Source of the DNA: Paraspadella gotoi
Lineage: Eukaryota; Animalia; Chaetognatha
DNA length: 64,000 bases
Reading direction: 5' to 3'
Assembly (NCBI GenBank): GCA_051294375.1
Contig: CM119263.1
Span: forward strand, 4,786,360 to 4,850,359
A model generated the notes under the pieces. That model was not told the origin of the DNA. It worked only from the letters and a program-made list of their open reading frames with translations, and searched no databases. The position numbers and the translations under genes were made by a program. Positions 1 through 12,700 of the stretch are shown piece by piece; within the stretch, counting starts at the first letter, position 1, and each line of letters opens with the position of its first letter.

Positions 1-2493
1 TCGGCGCGCGGACGTCGACGCCTCATCGCGCAGCGCACGCAGATGGAGATGGAACGCACGCACGACTATCGCCGAGGCGCACGAGAGAGTCAGAATGCAG
101 GCGGAGAGAGACGGCGAGAGAGGAAACCAGAGATATGGTCGTCGAGACACCAATTGAGAGAGAGCTCGATGCTGCACTCTCCGGTACGTCAATGTATCGT
201 CGCGTATTGCGAGACGGGCCGCCTGCCGTCTCTCGTTCTCTAGGGTCGGCGAGAAAGATGGCGCCAGAGTGCCTTCAGTGCCAAAAGACGTGGACCCCTT
301 GGCCGGTCCCGGACAGCGAGACGTCAGCTCGGAATCATCTTGGAGTAGTAGAGGCCAAGAACGCGAGCACCTACAAGGCGGCCCTGCCTCGGGAGTGCAT
401 CTCCGCCATCCACGCGTTTTCTTGCAGCGCCGCGACAGCACGGCGCCCGCGCCAGCGCGCTCTTCGATCGTCGAATTTTTTGGCGACGACGCTGACGACC
501 GCGACTTTCTCCCTCTACGCACAGGCTGAGTTGCTTCGGCGCCAAAAGTTGGATGAGAACAGGACGGAATCGCAGGCGCGGCCTCTCGTCGTAATAGCGG
601 AGCCTCCGTTGGCCGGGTCATGATGGATGAAGAGGTCGCGGCGTTTCTGTGGTTTGCTAAGGGTCTTGAGGAGTATGTGCATTCTTGAGTACGCATCTCG
701 GTTCGCGGAGTCAGGAGGGGAAGTTATGTATTTCTCAAGAGTTGAGGCTTAAGCCTTAGGGTATGCGCGATATATTATTGTCATTGGGAAAGAAAGAAAT
801 AAATAGAGGATATTGATTCAATTGGTAACACAAACGATATTTTGAATGTGTCGAACGGAGGGGAAGATATTAGCGAAGAAGGAGAAGTAAATTTTTTTTA
901 TGTTTTTTTTAATTGTTATTATTATAATAAGATTAATATTTTTTAATGTGAGGAAACAATTTAAAACCGAAACGGTTTCTTGTTGTTTCGTATCATTACC
1001 AATTTTTATGTCTTTCATTTTGAAGGGCTCTCGAGCGGAAACTTATAATTTATTGAAATTGGATCGCACTATCGTTTTCTTTGTTCACAAAGGAGGTGGT
1101 TTTAAAAAAACGCGAAAGAAAACAACATTTTTTTTCAACCATCAAAATCGATATAATGGGAAAAATAAAAACCCAGAATTCAGAAAATCCAAAAATGTAA
1201 AAATGCCAGGATGCGGCGCGAAAATGAGATTCATGATGTGGAAGCTGAATCCGTACACGAGAAGAGGCATAAGATTCCATGCGGCTAAAGAAAAATTCGG
1301 TTGGCGGGTTTCATCATTTCTTTTTCTTTCTTTATCTTTCTTGTCTTGTGCTTTCTTTTCTTGGTCTTTCTTTCTTGTTCTTTCTTTCTTTCTTTCTTTT
1401 ATAGATATCATTCAAATCTTGATAAAGAGAAAATCTTATATCTTTCTATGCTTACTTTCTTTCGTGTTTATTTTCTAATCATTATTTCAATTTTTTACTT
1501 ATTATTCTCTTACAATATTTCTTATGAGACCGAAAATTATACTATATAACGCCACACCACTGCTCACATTCTGTGATCTCGCTTTACTTCATTCTTCAAA
1601 GTGAGAAAATTTTGATCCGAGAGAAAGACATGGGACCGCTGACCAGTGACCAATCAAAAATGAGACTGCGAACCGTAACGACCTTAAGGCTTAAGATCGC
1701 AATGTTGATCGCCCCGGGGCGAAAGCACACGGTCAGAGGCTCAAGACATCTTTTTTTGAGATGCGACTGATGAAGGTCTCTCTATAAGACCATAGCAGGA
1801 AATTTGCTATGATTGATATATCGTCTTTATCAAGATTTAGTTAAAGAGCGACGACTTAGAGCCCTCTAGGTGGTGGGGAATTTCGACAGAAATCATGGTC
1901 AATTTTCTTCCTTCTAGCTTGCGACCAGAAGCTCATTACAATTGTCTAATCGGAGACCCGAGAGATGATCTTCTGGGTGGTACAATCATACACACAGGGC
2001 ATACTGTTCTTTCCTCTTTCATGGTCTTTAATTTTTTCTATTCCAGAGATAAATAATCGCGGAGTCTGCTTTCTTTCTCGTCTCCTCTTGTAGATTTCCT
2101 CGAGCAACGGAGACGTGCTGTAAAGTGACCCGGCCTTTAAACAATGCGGGCGCGAGGAGGCTACGTTGGTTTTTTTGGCTTCTGGTCTCCCGGTTAATTT
2201 TTTTTGTTTCTCTCTTGTTCTTTACTCTCCATCTCGATTCTCCGTCTCTCTAATTGCTCTGTTCATTACATCAGAAAAGCCTTCCGTTGTTTAAGTTGTC
2301 TTCCCTCCTAGGTTCTCCGTGTGCGTTCGGAACGTCCATATCTTGCTCTCTCTCTACTCCTGTGACTCTCTTACTATGATCTCTCTCTCTTACAGAATCC
2401 ATATATTCACACACAGTTCAAATTGGTGGTATGATCCAAAGAGACTGGCAATCACATCTTTTTCTCCTACACTGGGCTCTCTCTCTTTCTTAG

Positions 2494-2610
2494 AAAGAAA
2501 GGACATGTTCTTAAATCCATCGTGCATGGAGAGAATTGTCAACATAAGAAAAAATTACGGCAGACGGGGGCTGGGCACCCGGGTGCGCTTAACAGCCGGG
2601 GCCGTACAAG
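2494..2610 (+). CDS. Possible exon of a GNAT/arylalkylamine N-acetyltransferase-like protein
   Basis: Reads ctttcttag|...CAA G|gtgagc. The frame DMFLNPSCMERIVNIRKNYGRRGLGTRV resembles GNAT motif A (V-x3-Y-x-x-R-G-L-G). The region looks like raw-read quality. Confidence 0.25.
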
Positions 2611-3112
2611 GTGAGCATTCCGGCGCGAGATAAGTGACTTTCTGTCCATTAGAAGCGGGACGAGATTTTGTTATAGAAATATCACGACGGAAAATAAATT
2701 GAATTTAGATCTTTAAGTAAAAAAATCCTTACGATAAATAACTTATGAATGTCGATTTTTTACCCCCCGCCGGAATACTCTTCTGAACGCTCACATATCC
2801 AAAATAAGCTTAGTTCGTAATAATGCGAAGATTAACGTTTGTTCCTCTGCCTGCCACCTTCACAAGCTCAGTTGGGGATATTATACTCGAACTTTATTTC
2901 CCTCAAAGAAAAACGATTATACACACATTTATTATAAATTAAAAAATTAAAAACTTTAATCACCCCGGGCCGATTTTATTATTATAACATTAAAAAAATG
3001 TCTCAATAAAGCCACACCCATAATTAGACCACTAACCACACAAATCACTTCATGATCTCAATATTATCATAAAATAACTATGACGAACCTCCTTGACTAT
3101 CACTTCAGCGCT

Positions 3113-3388
3113 TTATTTTAAGGTCGCGAACTGATCTGACGCCTCGATCCACGATCTCACGTTTCTCTTAACATCGTCCAGAGTCCTTAATATGTTCAGC
3201 AGACCACAATTGGGACTATCTTCGTTTGATCCGGCGTCCAATGATTGTGGATGACGCGTGAACTGCCGTTGGATATATAAGAGCGGGTGTATAGATACAT
3301 AAACGAGTTGTTTGACCAAATTAGGTGAACGTTCAGGTGAGATTCTGTCGATGAATCTCGCTGCGATATATCTGATTATAAAATTGTT
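3113..3388 (-). pseudogene. Intronless orphan reading frame (91 codons, no clear start)
   Basis: Open frame NNFIIRYIAARFIDRISPERSPNLVKQLVYVSIHPLLYIQRQ...RTLDDVKRNVRSWIEASDQFATLK*. It is complex, repeat-free sequence, but I recognise no family. Confidence 0.3.
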
Positions 3389-3580
3389 CTATTATTTCTC
3401 ATTGTCATCAAATCTATATAACATTAATCGCAAATACAATGTCAAAGTTACAGGTATACTAATAATTAACAAGGAGTGAGGTCGTCAAACCGACGACCAA
3501 AATAAATATGTCGCTCACTATATTGAACTCATTTAACGCTGACAAGATAAAAACAAAATTTAATAAAAAAATTGTATGGA

Positions 3581-3693
3581 ATGATGGTTGGTGCCAATCT
3601 TTTCAATTTTCCGGTGCCCCATTTGTCTTGATCCAATTTTCCGCGGTTTTTCTCCGCGAATTCGTACTCCATCATCCGCCCCACGCGCCTTCG
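3581..3693 (+). CDS. Putative first exon with RING N-terminal half (CPICLDPIF)
   Basis: 3615-3692 reads CPICLDPIFRGFSPRIRTPSSAPRAF, then G|gtttca. ATG 3581/3584 (MMVGANLFNF) joins after removing one T from a T run. Confidence 0.45.
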
Positions 3694-4735
3694 GTTTCAA
3701 CTTTTTTATCCCTCTCTTTTTTATCCATGTCCTTCCCAAAGCCGTTCTGTCGCGATGAGAGATTTTACTCTCTATATTTCTCGTCACCTTTTCGCGCTCA
3801 TTTCTACCTCTTTCCGTTACAAATTTATTGTATTCTTAATTTCTTTTTCTACTTACGTTATTGTGGTGTTATTTTATTTTTTGTGACACTATATTTGTAT
3901 TCTTCAAATCATGTTCACTTTCACAATTTCTTTTTTTATTTTTCTTGTTCATTTACCCGCTTGGACATTGGCCACTTCTTCTTTTATGGGCCATTCGAGC
4001 ACATTTTCACTTTCCCCGACGTTCCGCCCTTCTGGTCGCGGGGCCGTTCCTCCTCCCTTTCCTACCTTCTTATCACATCGGCCGCCAGCCGCCCTCCCTC
4101 TGCCTCACCTCTCACCTCCTCTCCCGCCGCCTCACCTCTCGGCCTCTCTCGCTGCCCCTCTCTCTCCCCCGCTTCTCTTCTCTTCCCTTTCGCAGACCCG
4201 CGGCTCTCTCTCCTCCTCTGCCAAATCTCTGGCTGCTCCTCCTACCCTTTGGCCCACCTTCTCCTCCTCTCTCCTTCGCCCCCATTCCTCCTCCTCTCCA
4301 CCTCGTTCTCCGCCTTGCTCCCTTCTCTCCTCCCTCTCTCCTCTATCTCTCACTCACTCATCCTCTCTCTCGACCCCTTCTTCTCTTCCCCCTCTGCTTT
4401 CCCCTCTTTGCCGCCCCCCCTTCTCATCTCCTCCTCTCACCTCCTCTTCCCCCCCACTATCTCTTCCCCCTCTGCTGCGCATTCGGTGCCCCGACTGCCG
4501 AAATCCATTAGAAACAAATTCGTAAATTGGAATTGGTTGTTTTCCGAATTGTCCGTCGTTGTTGTGGTCGTCGTTGTGTTGGCGTTGTGTGGCGTTCGTT
4601 GTTGTCGTGGTCGTCCGTTCGTTGTCGTCCTCGATTTTCCCCTGGTTTCCTCTCAAGTGATGAATGCCGCAGAGCACACTGGTACGAGACCTCCGAAGAG
4701 CTTCCCAGGCGCACGAAAAACGGAGGGTGGTGGGT

Positions 4736-4794
<59 letters not shown>

Positions 4795-4999
4795 AGAGGA
4801 GGGAGGGGAGTAGGAGGATGGGAGAATGAGTGGGGACAGGAGGATTGTGGAGGATGGAGAGAGAAAGAGAGAGAGAGAGAAGAGAGAGAAGAGAGGGAGA
4901 TGTGAGTGGGGGCGTGGGGAGATGAGTGGTGAGAGAAAAGAGAAGTAGAGAGAAGAGAGAGAGAGAGGAGTGGGAGTGGGGGTGGGAGAATGAGTGGTG

Positions 5000-5058
<59 letters not shown>

Positions 5059-6343
5059 GGAGTGAAGGGAGTGGGAGTGGGAGTGGGGAAAGAGTGGGAA
5101 CCAGGTGGATTTTGTGTGTGAAGTGGATAGAGATGAGAGAGAGGAGCAAGATGGAAGTTTGGNNNNNNNNNNNNNNNNNNNNNNNNNGAGAGAGAGTGAG
5201 AGATGGAGTTTGGACTTTTTCGCTCACAGATTTGGTACTCTTAGTGAATTTCTAATTTTAAAGGTTTTTATACTAATATATTTATCATCTATCATCTATC
5301 ATCTATCATCTATCACAGCAGAAAATGGGTTGACAAGCTACTTGATCAATCCATTTTCTGCGTTAGTATATTTAACTTTGTAATAGAGATATAAAAGTAA
5401 GTATGTATTCTTCTTTGTCAAATTTCTAGCTGCGTCAAAGTAGAAAGTAGAAAACAAGATCGGTTCATCCAATGTGTTGCAGTGACTTTATTTTTACTTG
5501 TTATTATCGTGATATGACATGACGTGACATGACATGACGTGACGCAACATGACATCACTACATTACTGCAATAGGGTGAAAGGATTTGCTAAAGTCATTA
5601 AATTCAGGAGTAGATTCTTTGACCTCAAGCCAAAGCCCGTGTCGGCAATGTTGCCGACATGGATGCCGCCGTCGCAGCCGCTGCCACTGCCGCTTCTGAT
5701 GCTGCCACCGCCGCTGCCCCACCGCTGCCCCGCCGCTGCCGACGCCGAATGGAAAGGTTTACATTTGGCGCGAAACGATTCATGACAGTTATTAGGGATT
5801 GAAATAACGGACCATTTTGGCGACGAGGAAACTTGATGTCTGCGACTTTTATATCATAGAACTTTTTTTTTAAACTTTATTAATTTTTTAATTTGTCTTG
5901 AAATCTTTTAGTTTCGTGAGTTTTATTGTATTATATATTATAGGTGTATTCTGATACTTTTAAATATTTTTAATATAATCAATGTATTCGTCGTCCATCA
6001 TCTTCGTCGTAATTTTTCATCTACATCGTCACGGTCGTCGTCGTTCAATCGTTCGTCGGTCGACGTCGTCGTCGTCGCAACCTTCATTGCTCTCTCTCTC
6101 TCATTTCTTCTCTGAGGTTGAAGAAAAAATAATTCCCTTTTTTTTTTTCTTCAAGGTTTTTCGAGGTGAAGAGAAGAGAAACAGACGGACTCTAAAACCG
6201 AATGCCCGAAGGTAAAAAGAATTTAAAAGGAACGACCAGAAGAGGGAGTGGAAGAGAGACAGAGAAAGAGAACAGAGAGTGCCAGCCCAAGCAAGCTAGC
6301 CAGGAGAAAGGAGAGAAAAAAGTGTCGGAGACAGGAGAGAGAG

Positions 6344-6374
<31 letters not shown>

Positions 6375-6376
6375 GA

Positions 6377-6429
<53 letters not shown>

Positions 6430-8021
6430 CGAGAGGACGAGAGGAAATTGAAAGAGAAGGGCCAAAATTTCCAGACGACGCTCCTCATAAAAATAGAAAA
6501 ATGTAAAAGCGGAATTCTTTTATCTTGGGACTCTCAGGGCCGCCGGTGGGAGATCGTTTTAAAGAGGCTGATTGTCGCCAGGGAAGAGAATCCGTGCCGT
6601 CCGGCTGTGCCGGAAAAAGAAAGGCCCTTTCGACGAGGTTGAGACTATGGGGGGGGGAGGGGGGGAGGGATGCGTGGACCCCCAGGGTGGACGCGGTTGG
6701 TAATGAAGGACGGGGTTGCCGGGAAGAGAGGGGAAAGAAAGNNNNNNNNNNNNNNNNNNNNNNNNNNNNNNNNNNNNNNNNNNNNNNNNNNNNNNNNNNN
6801 NNNNNNNNNNNNNNNNNNNNNNNNNNNNNNNNNNNNNNNNNNNNNNNNNNNNNNNNNNNNNNNNNNNNNNNNNNNNNNNNNNNNNNNNNNNNNNNNNNNN
6901 NNNNNNNNNNNNNNNNNNNNNNNNNNNNNNNNNNNNNNNNNNNNNNNNNNNNNNNNNNNNNNNNNNNNNNNNNNNNNNNNNNNNNNNNNNNNNNNNNNNN
7001 NNNNNNNNNNNNNNNNNNNNNNNNNNNNNNNNNNNNNNNNNNNNNNNNNNNAAAAAATTATTTTTAATAAATTGATTTTGTTGGGCTAAGAATAATTTAA
7101 TAATATCAGACGATTGTTTTCAAATTTTATAACCTAGCTTTTGATTTTTGTTTTTTTTCGACAACGATGTTTATTTACAAAAAAAAACAGACATGTTATG
7201 ACTCAGTTTTCGACTCTGATAAAGACATCCTGTTTTTATTTTAAATAAACATCGTTGTCTCAAAAACAACGAAATATAAAAATATTTCATCGATTTATTT
7301 CTTAAAATTACAATTCGGTTTACAAATGCCAATGTTGTAAAGGCCTGAATTTTGATTAAATATATTGGTTAAATATATGTAAAAAAATTATCCCCAGCTT
7401 CAAACTCCATTTACAGATTCAACCCGATAACAATTCCCAATTTTTTATTCCATTTCAAATCAGGCGAGCGCGAGAAAAGTAAGTCAGAGGTAAGGATGAC
7501 GAGATGAGTCAAATGGAGATAAACGGCTGCGAAAGTAAGGCAACTCTTGATGGCGAAAGGGTGAGGAAAGACCGAGGTGTTGACATTTGAAGCGTTGATG
7601 CAATTTTCAAGTTTCGTCAATAAAAATCAATTTTGTCAGGAGGATGAGAAAAGTCTCATGGTAGAAAAATGGCAAAGGATGAAGAGATGGCGGCAATGGT
7701 CTGGCAGATTGTAGATTCGAGAAACTTTTTGCAGTTGTTTGAAAGGTTGGCAGCATTAGTCTGGTAGATTGCAGATGGGAGTAACAGTCTGCAATTGTCT
7801 GAAAGATATCTTCAATGGTCTGGCAGTTGTGAGAAACGCTCGATGAAAGACAATTAGCAAAGAGATAAAGAAAAGCAAAGAAATAGGAAAAATTATATGA
7901 AAGACTAGAGGGAAGCAATATTAGTCTAATTTGCGAAAAATAAAGCATCAAGAGAAATGGTTAAAAAAATATTTTGCTTTTGCATTTCAAATTTTGACAA
8001 TTTTAGTTTTTACTCTATGCC

Positions 8022-8059
<38 letters not shown>

Positions 8060-8230
8060 CTCTCTCTCTCTCTCTCTCTCGCTCTCTCGCTGAAGGGAAG
8101 AGAATTCTTGATTCGGTTTTTTCCCGCCAAATTTAGTCCATTGAACGAGCCAGGGAAGATTCCGGATCCATCCTACAGCTCCTCGTTGCGTAACGTGCCT
8201 GTCATCACTCCGATGTTAAATCGACATTAA
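3581..8230 (+). CDS. Putative spliced RING-finger-like protein gene (error-degraded model, about 7 exons)
   Basis: CPICLDPIF at 3615, a GH-containing segment at about 3961-4033 and IRCPDCRNPL at 4481 fit the RING C-x2-C...CxH...C-x2-C layout. Exons 4480-4521, 4658-4729, 5575-5756, 6538-6637 and 8137-8230 are joined by GT-AG introns in matching phases (2,2,1,2) with no stop until TAA 8228-8230. The first two exons need indel correction. Confidence 0.5.
4658..4729 (+). CDS. Putative internal exon of the RING-like gene
   Basis: Reads tttcctctcaag|T GAT GAA TGC...GGG TG|gtgggt, giving (S)DECRRAHWYETSEELPRRTKNGG(W). It is a unique-sequence island between simple repeats and is in frame with its neighbours. 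Confidence 0.5.
5575..5756 (+). CDS. Putative internal exon (Ala/Pro-rich) of the RING-like gene
   Basis: Reads caatag|G GTG AAA...TGG AAA G|gtttac and is open as assembled. Removing single homopolymer insertions gives the more protein-like VKDLLKSLNSGVDSLTSSQARVGNVADMDAAVAAAATAASD. Confidence 0.45.
6538..6637 (+). CDS. Putative internal exon of the RING-like gene
   Basis: Reads ctctcag|GG CCG CCG...ACG AG|gttgag, giving (G)PPVGDRFKEADCRQGRESVPSGCAGKRKALST(S). Phases are compatible on both sides. Confidence 0.45.
7411..7951 (-). pseudogene. Intronless frameshifted ORF (about 180 aa) with an internal 20-aa repeat
   Basis: ORFs 7951-7607 and 7620-7411 overlap next to a homopolymer run. It contains CQTIEDIFQTIADCYSHLQS/TRLMLPTFQTTAKSFSNLQS, with FQT.A...S.LQS conserved at a 60-nt period. 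Confidence 0.4.
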
Positions 8231-9676
8231 AAAATGGCGACCCGGAAATGGGATCGAGGGGAACGCAAGTCAGAAAATGACTGAATGAGGAAGATTCAAA
8301 ATATCAGGGATTTCGTTTAGGGAAATTTTNNNNNNNNNNNNNNNNNNNNNNNNNNNNNNNNNNNNNNNNNNNNNNNNNNNNNNNNNNNNNNNNNNNNNNN
8401 NNNNNNNNNNNNNNNNNNNNNNNNNNNNNNNNNNNNNNNNNNNNNNNNNNNNNNNNNNNNNNNNNNNNNNNNNNNNNNNNNNNNNNNNNNNNNNNNNNNN
8501 NNNNNNNNNNNNNNNNNNNNNNNNNNNNNNNNNNNNNNNNNNNNNNNNNNNNNNNNNNNNNNNNNNNNNNNNNNNNNNNNNNNNNNNNNNNNNNNNNNNN
8601 NNNNNNNNNNNNNNNNNNNNNNNNNNNNNNNNNNNNNNNNNNNNNNNNNNNNNNNNNNNNNNNNNNNNNNNNNNNNNNNNNNNNNNNNNNNNNNNNNNNN
8701 NNNNNNNNNNNGAGAGAGAGAGATATATTTTTTTTCCTCCACATTTTATTCGTTTTTTCCTTTTTTTCGTTTCTTTTTTTTCTTTTTTATCTCCTTATTT
8801 TACTTTGACTCTTTTCTCCTTCTTTTTTAATTTATATTCTATTTTGCAGTTGAATTCGTTAAAGTTATTCCTATTCTTTTTCGTACATTTCACTCTTTGT
8901 TTTTGACGTTAATTAAGAGCAAATTTTTCTATGGTGATATCACACTATGACACATCGAGTGATATCACACAATGTCACTCGATATAGCCTCTATTTTATT
9001 CTCCTGGTTTTTACCAATTTTTCTTTTAACTATTTTTATTTCTTTGGCAGGAAAACCGAGTCTGTTTCTCATCTCTCACGTCATTAAATATATTTTTTTT
9101 AATTTAATTTTTTGTTTAAAGTTTCTCACTATTTTTTTTCTTAATTTATTTATCTTCGAATTGGGAATCGAAACTTTTCTTCCATCACATCTTAATTTCT
9201 TCCCATCGTAACGACGACGCTTCGCCGCGTTTAACTGCAGCCGCCGCCGNNNNNNNNNNCGCCGCCGCCGCCACTCTGTCCCACCACAGCTCCACCTCCT
9301 TTTAAAATTTCATTTGTGTCCCGCATTTCTTAGTTAATGACTGCAATTTCGACAAGAAACTATAAAAATGTTAACAAGGAAAGTAGCGGTGACTGAAACC
9401 AGAGAAGATTCTTACTTCTTTTTTTTCTTCTCTTTTTTGGCGAATCAGTTACATTCATTTTTTTTCGTATTCAGATAAATATTTTTTATTTGTGAGTATT
9501 AAACCCCCAAAAATTAAATATACGAGCCTAGTAGTATTTATTTTCTTTTCTTGTCTTTCTTACTTTTTTTCTTTTCCTTCTTTTGGCTTCCTTTCCTTTT
9601 AAATTTCTTAACTTTCCTTTCCTCTTCCCTTTACTTTGCTTCGTCCGATAACCGTTTTAAAAACTAATTCTGATTC

Positions 9677-9767
<91 letters not shown>

Positions 9768-12700
9768 CGGCCGATGCTCTTTTGTCGATTCCCTTTTCCG
9801 CTGCAGCGACAACGACCGCAGCGCCGCGTCCAACGAGCGTTAACTTCCGGAATTACTTTTCGATGAATGCTCTCGTGAAAAAAAAGGAAAGCCGGAAAGG
9901 GAGAGGAGAGAAAGGAAAGGGAGGAAGAAAGCAAAGGAAGGAAAGGGAGGGAGAGAAGGAAAGAAAAAGAGATAAAAAAGGTTGAAAGATATGTTGGAAG
10001 AAAAACTGGAAAGAGGAGAAAAAGCTTAGAAGGAGAAAATAGAAAGATGATGATGAATAAAGAAAAGAAAAAGGATAAATGGAGCAAATTTAAAAAGAAA
10101 TAGACGGGAAAGAAAAGAAGAGGAGAGTGGAAAATAACGAAAAGAGAGGATAGTTAGAAAGAGGAGAGAGGAAAGAAAGGAATAAAAAAAAGAGGAAAAA
10201 GTAAGAGAAAGGAAAAAGAGAGAGGAAAAAGTTAAAAGAAAAAGAAAGGAAAAGGAGAGAGGAAAAAAAGGAAAGAGTGAAATGAAGGAAGAGGAGAGAG
10301 GAAAGGAAAAAATAAGAAAAAAGAGAAAAAAGTAAGAAAAAGGAAGAAGAGAGAGGAAAAAGTTAAAAAAAAGGAAGAGAAAGGAAAAGGAGAGAGGAAA
10401 AAAAGGAAAGAGTGAAATGAAGGAAGAGGAGAGAGGAAGAAGTGGAAATCCGTTTCGGAGAAGCTTTTATTGATGCAGTAAAAATAACTAATCTCGCCCC
10501 ATTTTAATCCTCTCTCTCTCTCTCCTAAACCATCGCTGCTCTCTCTCTCCATCTCGTCGTCTCTCTGCTCGTCTCTCTCTCGTCTCGTTCTGCTCGTCGC
10601 GTATCATGCTCTCTTTACGCGCTTTTTGGATGAAAACGCGTTAACTTGAAAAGAAAAAGTGGTTCTAAAAAATTTTTTGCACCTCATTTTCATATACTTG
10701 ATTGTTTTTTCGTTTTCTTTTGTTTTTGGTTGACGCTGGCGTTTTTCGTGTGTAAGATAATAGTACAATTAATAATGAGGGAGCATTGTGAATGAGCAAG
10801 AAAAGGATAAAACCTCCATAAAAAAACTTCGTGAATCAAATAATCTATCCTAATATGCGTCGCTTTCCTGCTCTTTGACTCCGTTATCGTCCTCTTCATA
10901 CTCTTTCTCTTCTCCTCTCTCTCAATGACCGTCTCTCTCTCTCGTCAGTCGTCTGTCTCTCTCTCTCTCTCTCTCTCTCCTCTATCTCTCTCTCGTCTCG
11001 TCTCTGATTTTTTTTTTTCCTCACTTCTCTCTCTCGCCTATCCGTTTAATTTCTCGTTGTCTTGTCAAAGAAAACTGAGGGCCCCTATTTCTTTATGTTC
11101 GCAACTCCTTTTGTTCTTCGGACGACATGTTCAGGATTAAGAATGGAGAGAAACACCTAGAACAGAAATAGATGGAAAGAAAAAAGAACGAAAAAGAAAG
11201 AAAGAAAGGAAAAGAAAGAAAGAGAAGAGAAGAAAGAAGAAAGTAGAAAGATGAAGAAAACAGAATGAGAGAGACGAAAAAAATTAGAGACAGAGAGGGC
11301 AAGAGGCAGAGGTGGCTGGGTGCAAACTCAGCAGCCCGTGGGTTATTGTTTCGCTCCTCTCATCGCAGCAATTTCTCACGCTGCGGAGGTCAAAGCAAAG
11401 AGTTTAAGATAAATACTCGTCGTCGTCGTTTCGTCGTCGTCCGGTCGTCATTAGTCGACGGTCGTCGTCGTAGTCGTCGTATTCCGTCTAGCTGTCGGTT
11501 TTTTATTGACCTGCATTTAACCCTGCGAACAGACGAAGGCAAAGACGGGTAATATGTCAGAATGACCCAATAACATTCGTGTTAGTGCGCATTGTCATAA
11601 TCGTCAATTTAAAGTCTTTTTTTTTCAAAAGAATCATCGGCCCATGGTTTACTGTCACTTATTTTGTCATTTCTCTAACCATTTCGAAATGTCATCGCTT
11701 CTCCATGCATTATTTTGTCATCTTACATATCCGCTGAGCCTTTGAAGCTCGGAAAAAAGTTCAGTGTCTTTTTTAACACTTCGTTCCGTATATAAGGAAC
11801 GATTCAACGATTTTGGACCGATATACTCTCCATTTTGACTCGTGTCGCCATCCTGGTCGTACGTCTCGTATTTGACGTCATACGTTGTCCTTGTCGGTTC
11901 TTGTTCAGTGCCGTCATGCGCTGTCGTTTGTTATTGCCATTTGCAATTCGTGTTCGCATTTTTCATTGTACTCGTACGTGTTGTTTGTTATCGGCTGCGT
12001 TTTTGTCGCATCGTCGTTGTTGTCCCATTAATATCTGGCGAGTTTGTTCATTCTGCATCATAATTGTTTGGTTTTTATCACCGACTAGTATTCGATAACT
12101 TCGTTATCCTCTAGTCGTCGTCGTCATCGTCTTCGTCACAACGCGTTTATGACGTCGTATGTCGTTTTCATCATGGTCGTATCGATCATTCTTAACCCTC
12201 GTCATTGTGCGTCGTTATCATAGTGTCGTCGTCCCCTCATCGTCGTTCATCGCGTCTTCGGTCATCATCGACGTCGTTATCTTGTTCTTCGGTCGACTCT
12301 ATCGGTCGTCGTCACCGGAGGTCGCATTGCAATCGGAGGGTGAAAAGGGAAAGGCGACGATAATGAACAAAGATTATAGTTAGCGTCCGCAGCTGTTCTC
12401 TCTCGACGCTGTCCACCGGTCGTCTGGCTGCCTGTGTCTCTGGCTACAGATGGCATGTAGANNNNNNNNNNNNNNNNNNNNNNNNNGAAAGAAAGAAAGA
12501 AAGAAAGAAAGAAAGAAAAAGAATGAGAGAGAGAAAAAAATAGAGACAGAGAGACAGAGAGAGTGGCGGGCAAACTCGCGCTGGGTTTTTCCTCCTCTCA
12601 TCGCAAAATCTCTCCTGCGGAGACAAAGCAAAGATTTAAATAAATATCGTCGTCGTCGTTGTCGTCGTCGTCGTCGTCATTGTCGACGTCGTCGTCGTAG

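Noticed and set aside
1-760. GC-rich coding-like stretch (ORF 135-623)
   Set aside because: No recognisable motif in any frame and apparently error-rich, so I cannot support a call.
3508-4737. Longest ORF (409 aa) and the many other long S/L/F- or E/R-rich ORFs
   Set aside because: They are translations of CT/GA microsatellites or N gaps, which lack stop codons.
6538-8260. Bromodomain- or PDZ-like readings of the 6.5 kb and 8.2 kb islands
   Set aside because: Only vague resemblance, in frames that are phase-incompatible or contain stops.
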